From an uncultured Bacteroidia bacterium (GTDB lineage Bacteria > Bacteroidota > Bacteroidia > Bacteroidales > GCA-2748055): a stretch of 34,856 nt of DNA. A model generated the notes under the pieces. It saw only the letters and a program-made list of their open reading frames with translations, searched no databases and had not been told where the DNA came from. Made by a program: the position numbers and the translations under genes. Location: contig CBDTYO010000003.1 in assembly GCA_965364615.1 (NCBI GenBank), forward strand, positions 1-34,856, written 5' to 3'. This document shows positions 25,642 to 34,856 of the stretch, piece after piece (position 1 is the stretch's first letter; the number at the start of each line of letters is the position of its first letter).

Positions 25642-28600
25642 ATGAAACGATCAATCTACCTGCTTGCATGTCTTCTTTTCATTGGCATGCAGGCGATTCA
25701 TGCGCAAAACCGGACCATTTCCGGACATGTGAGCAGCCAGGAGGACGAAATTGGCCTGGCCGGCGTATCCGTGTCCGTGAGTGGAACCACCACCGGCACC
25801 ATCACCGATGCCAACGGCGATTACAGCATTTCAATAAAGCAAGGAGCTGAGGCCCTGGTGTTTTCTTTTGTGGGCATGACGACCCTGGAGATTCCCCTGG
25901 GTACGGACAATGTCATTGATGTGGTGATGCAAACCGCCGATATCAACCTGGATGAAGTGGTGGTTACTGCACTGGGCATATCCAGGGAAAAGAAGGCCCT
26001 GGGATATTCGGTCCAGGACCTTTCGGGAGAAGAGCTGACGGAGTCGCGGGATGTAAACATTGTAAATTCCCTGTCGGGCAAAGTGGCCGGAGTGAGTATC
26101 ACCGGAGCCTCCGGCAACCTGGGGGGCTCGTCCCGCATCCTGATCCGCGGTGCCAGCTCTGTCAACGGAAAGAACCAGCCCCTTTTCGTGGTGGATGGCG
26201 TTCCTTTCGATAACAGCGGGTTTAATTCCCTTGAGACCGAACGGGGAGCCGGAGGATACGATTACGGAAACATGGCACAGGACATTGATCCCAACGATAT
26301 CGAAAGCATTTCCGTGCTGAAGGGTCCCTCTGCTGCAGCCATTTATGGCTCCAGGGCGGCCAATGGGGTTATCCTGATCAGCACCAAAAAGGGCAAGAGC
26401 AGAAAAGGCATCGGAATAAGTGTCAATTCCGGGATCACCTTTGAACAGGTGGCCGTGCTGCCCAGGTATCAGAATACTTACGGCGGAGGTGGAGAGAACA
26501 TCTTTGGCGGCTCCGATTGGTATACCACCGCCATGATTGACGGGACGGAATACAATGTGGTGGATTTCGGGGTCGACGAGAGCTGGGGTCCCAAATACGA
26601 CGGACAGATGGCTTTGCACTGGGATTCATTCGATGAATGGGACACCGAGAACTACATGGTTCCCAGGGAATGGAAGGCCCCCAATGCCGATGTACATTCA
26701 TTTTTCGAAACCGGAACCACCTTCACCAACAATGTAGCCCTGGACGGCGGCAATGCAAATTCCAGGTTCAGATTGAGCTATACCAATATGACCCTGGACG
26801 GCTATATGCCCAACAGCAGCCTCGACAGGAACACCATCTCAATCAATGGTTCCACCAAACTGGGAGAAAAGCTGGAAGCTTTTGGGGCCATCACCTACGT
26901 AATAAGCCAAACGCTGGGACGGCCATCAACGGGATATGATGCCAATAACGTCATGCAGAAATTCAACCAGTGGGGACAGCGGCAACTCGACATGGACCGG
27001 CTCAGCAACTACAAAAACCCGGATGGCTCCATGCGGACCTGGAACCGGACTTCCTGGGACGACGCTACCCCTGCTTTTGCAGACAATCCTTACTGGACCC
27101 GCTACAAGAATTATCAGGAGGACCAGCGGGACCGCTATTACGGAAATGTGGGATTCCGTTGGAACCTCACCGAATGGCTTTCCTTGCAGGGAAAAGTGAA
27201 CCAGGACCAGTATGCTTTCACTCAAAAGGAAAGGGTGGCCATGGGATCACAAAAACCTTCCAAGTACCAGGAAATCCATCGCTCCAACATGGAACGCAAT
27301 TCGGAGTTCCTTTTTCTGGTGGACAAAAGTCTTACAGACGATCTTTCCCTGCATGCTTCATTCGGGGGGAACCGGATGTATTGGGAATATCATCGCAACA
27401 GTACAGTGACCAAGGGAGGATTGAGCATTCCTGACAATTATTCTGTGATCAATTCGGTGGCTCCCCCCGCCTCCGACCAGTTGAGCAAGAAAAAGGCCAT
27501 CAACAGTTTGTACGGGAACGCATCGCTGGGCTACCAAAGCCTGGTTTATCTGGACCTGACCCTTCGAAACGACTGGTCCTCCACCCTTCCTGCGGATAAC
27601 AACTCCTACCTGTACTACTCCATGGCCACCAGTATTGTATTTACCCAACTGAGGCTATTCGAGAATGTGCCGTGGTTTACTTTCGGGAAGCTCAGGGCCG
27701 GATATGCCAAGGTCGGAAATGACACGGAGCCCTACAAACTGGACAATTACTATGTGCAACCCCTGGATGGTGAAGATAAATATCCCTATCACTACTGGGG
27801 ATTCAATGCCCTGTATAGTGTCCCCAACACGCTGAACAACCCGAATCTGAAGCCCGAAACCACCACCAGCCTTGAGTTCGGGGCCGATTTGAAGTTCTTC
27901 AACAACAGGCTGGGAGTGGATTTTACGTATTATGACATGTCCACCACCGATCAGATCATCAACATAAGGGTCCCTTCCGGCACCGGCTATGCCTACAAGT
28001 TGATGAATGCCGGCGAGATAAGCAACAAAGGAATGGAAATGATGCTTAGCATGACGCCCCTGAAGATCCGTAACACCTTTCAATGGGACATTACGGCCAA
28101 CTGGTCACGCAACCGCAACCAGGTGGTCTCCCTGGCACCCGGAGTGGACAACTACCAGCTGGGTGTTGGTGCGTTCAATGTTACTGTAAATGCTTCTGTG
28201 GGTGAGACATACGGGGCACTTATGGGAACAGATTTCATTTACGACAAGGATGGGAACAAGGTGGTGGGAGCCAGCGGCCGCTACCTGAGCTCCGGAGTGA
28301 AGGTGATTGGCCATGTGCTCCCGGACTGGACAGCCGGAATCACCAACAGCTTTCGCTACAAGGGGATCGATTTCAGCTTCCTGATAGATATCCGAAAAGG
28401 GGGGGAATACTTCTCTACCACCCATATGTGGGGCATGTACAGCGGGATCCTGGAGGAAACAGCACGCCCCACCAGCAATGGCAATACCATCCGCGAAGAC
28501 GGAATCATCATCGATGCCATGGCCGCTGCCTACGATGGCGATGGAAATGTCATCTACAACGAAGACGGCACTGCCCAGGTAAGCGGAAAAAACGATGTGA

Positions 28601-28908
28601 GCACCTACGGTGTATTGTGGGCCTGGGACCACTATTCAGGACCTGCCGCACAGAATGTGTTTGATGCCTCCTATGTGAAATTGCGGGATGTGCGGATTGG
28701 CTATACCCTGCCCGCCAGACTGAAGGGGCCCTTCCATAGCATAAGGGTGTCTGCTTTTGGAAAAAACCTGGCCATCTGGGGAGCCGATAAGGACAATCCC
28801 CATGTGGATCCCGAAAACACCACCAGCTCGGGAAATATTCAGGGGATGGAAGGGGGTGCATTGCCCAGCCTCAGACAATTTGGAATGAACCTGAGCTTCA
28901 AGTTTTAA
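25642..28908 (+). CDS. SusC/RagA family TonB-dependent outer membrane transporter
   Basis: Signal peptide, N-terminal extension domain, LDEVVVTALG, QPLFVVDG, DIESISVLKG..AAAIYGSRAANGVILI, RNDWSSTLP, LKPE, terminal F. Confidence 0.97.
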   Translation: MKRSIYLLACLLFIGMQAIHAQNRTISGHVSSQEDEIGLAGVSVSVSGTTTGTITDANGDYSISIKQGAEALVFSFVGMTTLEIPLGTDNVIDVVMQTADINLDEVVVTALGISREKKALGYSVQDLSGEELTESRDVNIVNSLSGKVAGVSITGASGNLGGSSRILIRGASSVNGKNQPLFVVDGVPFDNSGFNSLETERGAGGYDYGNMAQDIDPNDIESISVLKGPSAAAIYGSRAANGVILISTKKGKSRKGIGISVNSGITFEQVAVLPRYQNTYGGGGENIFGGSDWYTTAMIDGTEYNVVDFGVDESWGPKYDGQMALHWDSFDEWDTENYMVPREWKAPNADVHSFFETGTTFTNNVALDGGNANSRFRLSYTNMTLDGYMPNSSLDRNTISINGSTKLGEKLEAFGAITYVISQTLGRPSTGYDANNVMQKFNQWGQRQLDMDRLSNYKNPDGSMRTWNRTSWDDATPAFADNPYWTRYKNYQEDQRDRYYGNVGFRWNLTEWLSLQGKVNQDQYAFTQKERVAMGSQKPSKYQEIHRSNMERNSEFLFLVDKSLTDDLSLHASFGGNRMYWEYHRNSTVTKGGLSIPDNYSVINSVAPPASDQLSKKKAINSLYGNASLGYQSLVYLDLTLRNDWSSTLPADNNSYLYYSMATSIVFTQLRLFENVPWFTFGKLRAGYAKVGNDTEPYKLDNYYVQPLDGEDKYPYHYWGFNALYSVPNTLNNPNLKPETTTSLEFGADLKFFNNRLGVDFTYYDMSTTDQIINIRVPSGTGYAYKLMNAGEISNKGMEMMLSMTPLKIRNTFQWDITANWSRNRNQVVSLAPGVDNYQLGVGAFNVTVNASVGETYGALMGTDFIYDKDGNKVVGASGRYLSSGVKVIGHVLPDWTAGITNSFRYKGIDFSFLIDIRKGGEYFSTTHMWGMYSGILEETARPTSNGNTIREDGIIIDAMAAAYDGDGNVIYNEDGTAQVSGKNDVSTYGVLWAWDHYSGPAAQNVFDASYVKLRDVRIGYTLPARLKGPFHSIRVSAFGKNLAIWGADKDNPHVDPENTTSSGNIQGMEGGALPSLRQFGMNLSFKF

Positions 28909-28928
28909 ACCCACAAACCATAGAAATC

Positions 28929-30533
28929 ATGAACAAGACAAAATATCTGCTAATTGGCCTGGGGATACTCCTTGCAGGCTGTACCAAAGATTTTGAGGAG
29001 ATCAACACCGATCCGAACAATCCCCCAAAGGTGAGCCCTGCCTCCCTGCTGACCAATGCACAGAAAGCCTTTATGGATGATACCAGGGATGCCTGGTGGG
29101 CCGGAAGAATGTCCTATCCCTGGTCACAGTATCTATGCCAGCGCAACTATACGGAGGAGGACCGTTACCTGATCCGGCAGAACGTGAATAACACTTACTG
29201 GGGTCTGTTATACCGCGACGTGATGGACCTGGTGGAGATCATCCGGCTGAACACCAGTGAGGATACCCGGGAAGAAGCCAGCATTTATGGTCCCAACGAA
29301 AACCAGATCGCAGTGGCCATGATCATGAAGGCCTATATGGTGCAGATCATGACCGACACCTGGGGGGATATTCCCTATTCCGAGGCTTTCAACATAAACA
29401 ATAAGCCAAGTCCGGCCTATGACAGCCAGGAGGCCATCTATGCCGACCTGGTCCGGGAACTGACCGAGGCTTCTGATATGATTGATGTGGGCCAGCCCGC
29501 CTTTTCGGTGGGAGACATCATCTACAATGGCGATGCCACCAAATGGAAAAAATTTGCCAACTCTCTGAAGCTCAGACTATCCATCCGCATGAAAAATGTG
29601 GAAGGATCCAACTGGCAAGGCCACTTCGATGAAGCCATCGCTGCCGGGGTATTTGAATCCAATGGAGACAATGCCCTGTTCACCTACATAGGCACCGACC
29701 CCAACAATTCACCCATGTACGATGCCTTTGTGACCAATGGCCGGAACGACTTCACCGTGACCAAGCAGTTTGTGGACATCCTGAAGGGAGTGGACGACAC
29801 CCTGAACAATAAGGTCAATCCCTTTCACGGTCTCCTGGATCCAAGGCTGGCTGCATTTATCAGCGATGAAAATGTGACTTATTCCGGCGGCGGTGATCCT
29901 TTGGCAGTCACCGGCATTCCCTACGGTATGTCCAATGCCTATACCCGCAGGTTCAGGGGCTCGACCCCCAACTTCGGATATTACCTGGGCATTTTTAATC
30001 AGTCCAATGCCAAACTATCCTACATGACCTATGCGGAGGTCTGCTTTCTGATCAGTGAGCGCAACAACTGGGATCAGACCTGGTATGAAAGGGGGGTGCA
30101 AGCATCCCTGGACATGTGGGGAGCCCTGGCCGGAGAACTCTACGGGTGGTCAGGAACCCGAACTGCACGATATCAGGCCGATGCTGCAGAATACTTGGCA
30201 GCACTTCCTCCATCCACTCCCGACAGGGTGATCACACAGAAATACATCAATGGCTTTGGAGATGGCTCTGAGGCCTGGGCGGAGATCCGAAGAACAGGAT
30301 TCCCCACCATGCTCGTCAGGCCTGGGGAGATTACCTACCGGGGACCAGTGGTGACCGACGACAACGGCGATCCTGTGGATGTATTCTTTGTCCCATTCGG
30401 GAATGTGAACGAAATCATTCCCAGGCAGACCTATCCCTACGAGGAGCAGACCCTCAATGCCGATAACTACACATCGGCAGCAGCGGCCATCGGCGGGGAT
30501 GAGCACACGACCAAAGTCTGGTGGAATAAGTAG
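28929..30533 (+). CDS. SusD/RagB family lipoprotein (SusD-like_2 type)
   Basis: LLAGC-TKDFEEINTDPNN, TDTWGDIPYSEA, WKKFANSLKLR, DPRL, EAWAEIRRTGFP, KVWW. Confidence 0.96.
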   Translation: MNKTKYLLIGLGILLAGCTKDFEEINTDPNNPPKVSPASLLTNAQKAFMDDTRDAWWAGRMSYPWSQYLCQRNYTEEDRYLIRQNVNNTYWGLLYRDVMDLVEIIRLNTSEDTREEASIYGPNENQIAVAMIMKAYMVQIMTDTWGDIPYSEAFNINNKPSPAYDSQEAIYADLVRELTEASDMIDVGQPAFSVGDIIYNGDATKWKKFANSLKLRLSIRMKNVEGSNWQGHFDEAIAAGVFESNGDNALFTYIGTDPNNSPMYDAFVTNGRNDFTVTKQFVDILKGVDDTLNNKVNPFHGLLDPRLAAFISDENVTYSGGGDPLAVTGIPYGMSNAYTRRFRGSTPNFGYYLGIFNQSNAKLSYMTYAEVCFLISERNNWDQTWYERGVQASLDMWGALAGELYGWSGTRTARYQADAAEYLAALPPSTPDRVITQKYINGFGDGSEAWAEIRRTGFPTMLVRPGEITYRGPVVTDDNGDPVDVFFVPFGNVNEIIPRQTYPYEEQTLNADNYTSAAAAIGGDEHTTKVWWNK

Positions 30534-30556
30534 TTGGAGGGGATACCCTGCCAATT

Positions 30557-30588
30557 AAGGACCCGCGGGCTTCAGCCTGCGGGTCTTT
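30557..30588. terminator. Probable bidirectional intrinsic terminator between susD and luxR
   Basis: AAG-GACCCGCGGGC-TTCA-GCCTGCGGGTC-TTT: GC-rich stem with a 4-nt loop that contains the luxR stop codon. Confidence 0.75.
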
Positions 30589-31513
30589 CCATGAATAAAT
30601 GGGCAAGCTGGGTGCGGCTTTTGACTCCGGTTTTCCGAAAAATGTTGGAGGTATGGTCCCGGACAGTAATGGGTGAAATATACAGAATCTCGCCTATTTC
30701 CTTGTTGGTTTTACCCTGGCAGATGAGCCGGATGATCTCCTGTTCCCTCCCTGTAATCCCATATTTGGATATGAGCTGACTGTCAGATATCTGCACCACC
30801 GGCACAGGCATTCTGATCACCTGCTTCAGGTATAACAAGTTCAATCCGTTGAAGGCCAGGGCCAGCAAACCCACTCCAGGCAGCACGATATAAGGAGGCA
30901 GGTAGTCGGCCCAAAGGTTGAGTATCCTCAACAAAATGCCGGCGATGGCATAGATGATCATGAACCTGAAGGTGGGAGGAATCATCTCTGGGACCAACCA
31001 CTCCACCTTCTCACGCTGTCGGAGCACCAGGAGGGAACCATAGATCATGGCAACACCCAGGGTTAGATGGACCAGAAGGATGGATAAGTTTTCCGCCCAA
31101 TCGGCTGCATTTTCTTCCAGATCGAAAAAATACATGGAAACGATGATGGGCAGCAACACAATACCGGCAAGATAATTATAGTATTTCGACAGGCGTTTTT
31201 GAATCAACTGGAAACTGAAGCGCAGGAAGAATAGGGCCATAAACATCCTCAACACGGCCAATATCAGAATCATATGCCTGAAATACTGCCAGAGATAAGT
31301 TTCATAGGATTCATCCCCTACCAGGCTCCTGAGGATGACTTCCATGAAATGAACCAGGAAGATCACCAGGTTGAGTGTGATCAGGAATTGGATATAGGGT
31401 GTAAGAACCTTATATCCTGTTCGCTTTCGCAGGTTCAGTGCAATGTAAATGGAAAGCAGTCCTAAACCAACACTGAAGAAATGGATGAAATTTGCTATAT
31501 GATTCATAATCAA
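30572..31513 (-). CDS. Membrane-anchored (about 7 TM) LuxR-type HTH regulator
   Basis: Hydrophobic N-terminal region. C-terminal ITGREQEIIRLICQGKTNKEIGEILYISPITVRDHTSNIFRKTGVKSR. Confidence 0.92.
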   Translation of the reverse strand: MIMNHIANFIHFFSVGLGLLSIYIALNLRKRTGYKVLTPYIQFLITLNLVIFLVHFMEVILRSLVGDESYETYLWQYFRHMILILAVLRMFMALFFLRFSFQLIQKRLSKYYNYLAGIVLLPIIVSMYFFDLEENAADWAENLSILLVHLTLGVAMIYGSLLVLRQREKVEWLVPEMIPPTFRFMIIYAIAGILLRILNLWADYLPPYIVLPGVGLLALAFNGLNLLYLKQVIRMPVPVVQISDSQLISKYGITGREQEIIRLICQGKTNKEIGEILYISPITVRDHTSNIFRKTGVKSRTQLAHLFMERPAG

Positions 31514-31537
31514 TGCTAAGCGATTCGCTTTGGGATC

Positions 31538-31561
31538 AAAATCCTACAAATGTAGGATTTT
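31538..31561. promoter_or_regulatory. Perfect palindrome AAAATCCTACA-AA-TGTAGGATTTT, candidate operator
   Basis: 11-2-11 inverted repeat in the divergent luxR/lytTR spacer. Confidence 0.7.
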
Positions 31562-31580
31562 TTGGTACTACTTCATTCCC

Positions 31581-31588
31581 TACTTTTG
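31581..31588 (+). promoter_or_regulatory. Bacteroidota -7 promoter element (TACTTTTG) for the lytTR pair
   Basis: Exact TAnnTTTG match, 19 nt downstream of the palindrome. Confidence 0.6.
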
Positions 31589-31634
31589 TTCGAGGTTGAT
31601 GTGCATAATGAAAGTAACAAATTCATTAAGCACC

Positions 31635-32357
31635 ATGGAAAGAGAAATTAAAGTTCTGATCGTAGCGGAGGATGCTTCCCTGCGGGAGCATTTGAAAAAA
31701 CAAATAAACGAATCATTCAGGGATTATACGGTAAGTGGTGAAGCAGGCGATGTGCTTTGCGGATTGAAGCAGGTAGCCCGAAACCGACCCGACCTGCTGA
31801 TTCTGGATGTGGATCTTCAGGGAGGTAATGGATTTGAGATGCTCGATTGTCTCCCCCCCATGCACCTTCCTGTCATATTCATGGCCGCAAGTGGTGACAG
31901 CGCCATCCCGGCCTTCCGCTACAAGCCCCTGGATTATTTGCTTAAACCCCTGGATCCAGGTTTGTTTTTGGCAGCCCTTGAAAAAGCTCTGGCACAATTA
32001 AGATCGGGGGGCAAAAAAAAAGCTCCTCAGAAACTGGCCATCCACAGCCAGAATGAAACTGAGTATGTTGAGATCAGATCCATAGTCCGCATGGAGGCTT
32101 CGGGATGTTACACCCACCTTTTCCTGGAGAACGGCAGAAAGATCACCGTTACCAAAGCACTGAGAGAATTCGAGAGCCTGCTGTTCGATGATGACTTTAC
32201 CCGGGTGCATAATTCCCACGTGATCAACATGCACCACATCCGAAAATTCGTCAAAAAAGACGGATTCATGGTAAGAATGACCGACAACTGTCTGGTGCCC
32301 GTGGCAGTACGCCGCAAGGTTGTGTTTGAGGAAAAGCTGAAAATGGTGGCCATATAA
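31635..32357 (+). CDS. LytTR family response regulator (atypical receiver)
   Basis: Start probably ATG 31635. PDLLILDV, DYLLKP, EASGCYT, FTRVHNSHVIN. Confidence 0.9.
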   Translation: MEREIKVLIVAEDASLREHLKKQINESFRDYTVSGEAGDVLCGLKQVARNRPDLLILDVDLQGGNGFEMLDCLPPMHLPVIFMAASGDSAIPAFRYKPLDYLLKPLDPGLFLAALEKALAQLRSGGKKKAPQKLAIHSQNETEYVEIRSIVRMEASGCYTHLFLENGRKITVTKALREFESLLFDDDFTRVHNSHVINMHHIRKFVKKDGFMVRMTDNCLVPVAVRRKVVFEEKLKMVAI

Positions 32358-32400
32358 GCCGCTCTGAATGTATCTAAGAATCAAAAAAATTGAATCGTAT

Positions 32401-33132
32401 ATGAAAAAAAAGGTGCTATTGGCAGACGAGGATCTCAAAGAAAGGAAGCGATTGCGGAAATACATCGAGTGGGCAGGGAATTGCCAGATTGTAGCCGAAT
32501 GCGACAATTGCCTGGATGCCATGGAGGTGATCAGAAGTTCACCCATCGACCTTCTCTTCCTGGATGTGGAAATGCCGGATATGTCCGGCATGGACTTTCT
32601 TCGCTCCTTTAGTCCCCGTCCCGATACCATCCTGACCTCAACATACGATACATATGCACTGGAAGGTTTTTCCCTGGATGTTCTGGATTATCTGCTCAAA
32701 CCGTTTACCTTCAAAAGGTTCATGATGGCCATGGATAAACACACCCGGTCCCGCCCAGAACCTCTCAAACTGTGCTCTCCTGGAGATAGTAGACATGACC
32801 GGGATTTCATTTATGTAAGGGAAAAGCACCGAACCATCAAGGTCCGGCTAGGGGAAATTTGCTTTATGGAAGAGCTGAACGGATCCCTGACCATACTTAC
32901 AGAGAATCAACGGATTCAGGCCACACATAGCTTAGATCAAATAGAGAAAGAATTACCCGATGGTGCCTTTATAAGGATCCACGGCAAGTACCTGGTAGCT
33001 GTAACCAAGATCAGGGCTTTCAGTCCGCAGTGGGTGGAACTGGACCAGACTACTTTGCCGATCGAAAGGAAATTTCGTGCACAAGCATTCCAACGGCTTC
33101 ACTACTCACTTGATTTTTGGTGTGCAAGCTAG
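32401..33132 (+). CDS. LytTR family response regulator
   Basis: Start probably ATG 32401. IDLLFLDVEMPDMSG, YALEGF..VLDYLLKP, FIRIH..YLV. Confidence 0.9.
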   Translation: MKKKVLLADEDLKERKRLRKYIEWAGNCQIVAECDNCLDAMEVIRSSPIDLLFLDVEMPDMSGMDFLRSFSPRPDTILTSTYDTYALEGFSLDVLDYLLKPFTFKRFMMAMDKHTRSRPEPLKLCSPGDSRHDRDFIYVREKHRTIKVRLGEICFMEELNGSLTILTENQRIQATHSLDQIEKELPDGAFIRIHGKYLVAVTKIRAFSPQWVELDQTTLPIERKFRAQAFQRLHYSLDFWCAS

Positions 33133-33207
33133 GCATGATAGGCTTGAGGACCTTTTGAAAGACTGGCATCCGGAATCATGCATACCTCCAAATGATTCAG
33201 GTCGATC

Positions 33208-33951
33208 TTATTCCCTGCCAAGCCTGAATTTCAGTCGGATGTGGGTATAAAAAGGGATTTGACCGAACATCATGGAATCAAATGTGCCGGTAAATTCAGA
33301 AAGGTAATTGATCATTCCCAGATCAGCATACAGGCTGAGCCTTTCTGATGTTGCAAACATTCCCTCCACGCCCAGGCATAAGTGACTCCCCGTGAAGGGA
33401 TAAAAGCCACTTTTAGGTTTCATCTCCATCAGCTGGTTCTCCCGGTTGTAAATATCATCGAACCGCTCTGCTACGTATGCTGAAGGATCAACATAGGTGC
33501 AAAGCACCTGCTGATACCGGATCTGAAAACCCAGGTACCCTTTTTTGGTTCGAACTGAGGGGGTCATTTGAAGCTTGCAACCAAGGGGGAAAAAATCACC
33601 CAGGATTTGGGTATGTTTGATGGCAAAAAGGCTGAGATCTGTTCTTAGTATAAATCTATCTTGCCCTATGGGAGCAAGACCGGTTCCTGCTTCCAACTCC
33701 CAGCTGTCGATTTTCATTTGACTGCAGCTACTCAGCAGGGGCATGTTGAACTTGAGGTACATAGATACCGGCTTCCCCCCCAGTGAAGATCCTCGGACAT
33801 AACCGATTTCCAGTCCGGCAAAAGCATCCGAATTCATTCCGATCAAAATATTGTGTGACCGCAAAGATTCACTTTCCTGTGCACGGATTGAGTCAATACT
33901 GATCAAGCCCAGCAACAGTAATAAAACCATATGAAAGCGATTCTTCTCCAT
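33208..33951 (-). CDS. Hypothetical exported protein, probable outer membrane beta-barrel
   Basis: Signal peptide (..SIRA-Q), amphipathic beta strands, C-terminal HIRLKFRL. Confidence 0.6.
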   Translation of the reverse strand: MEKNRFHMVLLLLLGLISIDSIRAQESESLRSHNILIGMNSDAFAGLEIGYVRGSSLGGKPVSMYLKFNMPLLSSCSQMKIDSWELEAGTGLAPIGQDRFILRTDLSLFAIKHTQILGDFFPLGCKLQMTPSVRTKKGYLGFQIRYQQVLCTYVDPSAYVAERFDDIYNRENQLMEMKPKSGFYPFTGSHLCLGVEGMFATSERLSLYADLGMINYLSEFTGTFDSMMFGQIPFYTHIRLKFRLGRE

Positions 33952-33955
33952 GATT

Positions 33956-34856
33956 CTAGGGCTGATATGCTGAAAGGTACCATTGTAATCCGTTTACCAG
34001 TGCCTGGAATTGCTCGGTAAGTATGCGATGCCCTGAGTTTTCAATGCGGAGTACCTCAGCATCTTTGAACAAAGGCTGGTGGTATGTCTCCTGAAAGTGG
34101 TAGCCAATCGGGCTGCAGGAGGTTCCAACAATCAGTACTTCATTGGGGTATTGATCCAATCCTGCGGTGTAATCGAAATCGTATTTCCCATGGGTCAGGA
34201 GGCTATTCTCCCACACCATCAAAGCCAGGGCTCCCACGCGCCACACAGGCCATTCCGTTATATTATTCTCATCGCAGTAAAAATCCCTGACCCCGCTGGT
34301 CAACATGGCCAAGGCCTGGAAATCGAGCGTCTCCTGGTCTTTTGCAGTAAGGTATTTGGTGGTATACATCATATCCATGTACCCCTCGGTAAACAGATTT
34401 AATGACATACCCACCTCTTTCATAAAATCGTCCTTCAATCCGTTTGGTTCCACCAGGATGGCCTGGGCGACATGCTCCGGGTACTCTGCCAGGTACCTGG
34501 CAGCAAAAAAAGCCGACCAGGAATGGCCCATCAGGGTGATGGGTTCATGGGGGGAATACAGATCCTTCATGGCTTCTATCTCATGCACCATTTCTTCTAT
34601 ACAGCGCTCGGAAAGCCCGTTCCCGCGGATGTCCCAAAAAACCACAAAATACTGATCAGAAAATACCTTGAGGGGAAGATAGGCCCTCATATCTGAGGCC
34701 GATCCATGCATGATAAGAAAAACAGGATCCTCCGGATCCCCAAAAGTCTTTACATGGACCAGACGGTCATGACCCGCCACATGCAAAGAAACGGAAGGCA
34801 GATTCGCATTTTCTTTGACTGTTGCCGGCATAAGGGACTTAACGGCGATCAGGGGG
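33956..34856 (-). CDS. Alpha/beta fold hydrolase (proline iminopeptidase-like), probably 5'-truncated by the window edge
   Basis: HGS oxyanion motif, FWDIRGNGLS, nucleophile GHSWS, C-terminal ENSGH. The frame stays open upstream of ATG 34831 to the edge. Confidence 0.85.
   Translation of the reverse strand, partial: PLIAVKSLMPATVKENANLPSVSLHVAGHDRLVHVKTFGDPEDPVFLIMHGSASDMRAYLPLKVFSDQYFVVFWDIRGNGLSERCIEEMVHEIEAMKDLYSPHEPITLMGHSWSAFFAARYLAEYPEHVAQAILVEPNGLKDDFMKEVGMSLNLFTEGYMDMMYTTKYLTAKDQETLDFQALAMLTSGVRDFYCDENNITEWPVWRVGALALMVWENSLLTHGKYDFDYTAGLDQYPNEVLIVGTSCSPIGYHFQETYHQPLFKDAEVLRIENSGHRILTEQFQALVNGLQWYLSAYQP

Noticed and set aside
20041-26619. Long antisense ORFs (20041-20841, 21343-22263, 24074-25186, 25831-26619)
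   Set aside because: Mirror frames of well-supported plus-strand genes, with no motifs.
33173-33198. GAATCAT-N12-ATGATTC inverted repeat between convergent genes
   Set aside because: Short AT-rich stem with a large loop and no U-tract; too weak to call a terminator.
1-34856. CRISPR arrays, tRNA/rRNA, IS elements, integrases, riboswitches
   Set aside because: No spaced direct repeats, transposase or integrase motifs, or recognisable structured-RNA consensus were seen by eye. An Rfam/Infernal scan of 4159-4476 and 25373-25641 would be needed to exclude ncRNA.

Overview
A gene-dense, mostly housekeeping/accessory chromosomal segment, very probably from a Bacteroidota (Bacteroidales-like) organism, judged from the SusC/SusD pair, TAnnTTTG -7 promoter motifs and many lipoproteins. 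Left to right it contains: a left-edge minus-strand ORF absent from the ORF track that starts as a bacterial alpha-2-macroglobulin and switches in frame to the C-terminus of an alanine/glycine:cation symporter (chimera or deletion); a DUF6340-like lipoprotein; a porin-type beta-barrel; asnA; two small exported proteins; a tight OM beta-barrel / protealysin-like M4 protease / emfourin operon; a 74-aa Sm/Hfq-like candidate; a USP-USP-TPR protein; a divergent CutA; a complete group-1 mrpABCDEFG antiporter operon headed by a second USP; an NADP oxidoreductase, a membrane AraC regulator and an OpgC-like acyltransferase; a sigma-less partner-switching module (TM-3xPAS-PP2C-RsbW-like kinase fusion, STAS protein, patatin); a GH141-like beta-helix lipoprotein; SusC/SusD; a membrane LuxR divergent from two orphan LytTR regulators, with a perfect palindrome between them; and an OM protein plus alpha/beta hydrolase at the right edge. 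No rRNA, tRNA, CRISPR array or mobile element was seen. All family calls come from reading motifs by eye, with no database searches. The best novelty candidates are the partner-switch/patatin module, the barrel-protealysin-emfourin operon and the Sm/Hfq-like small protein.
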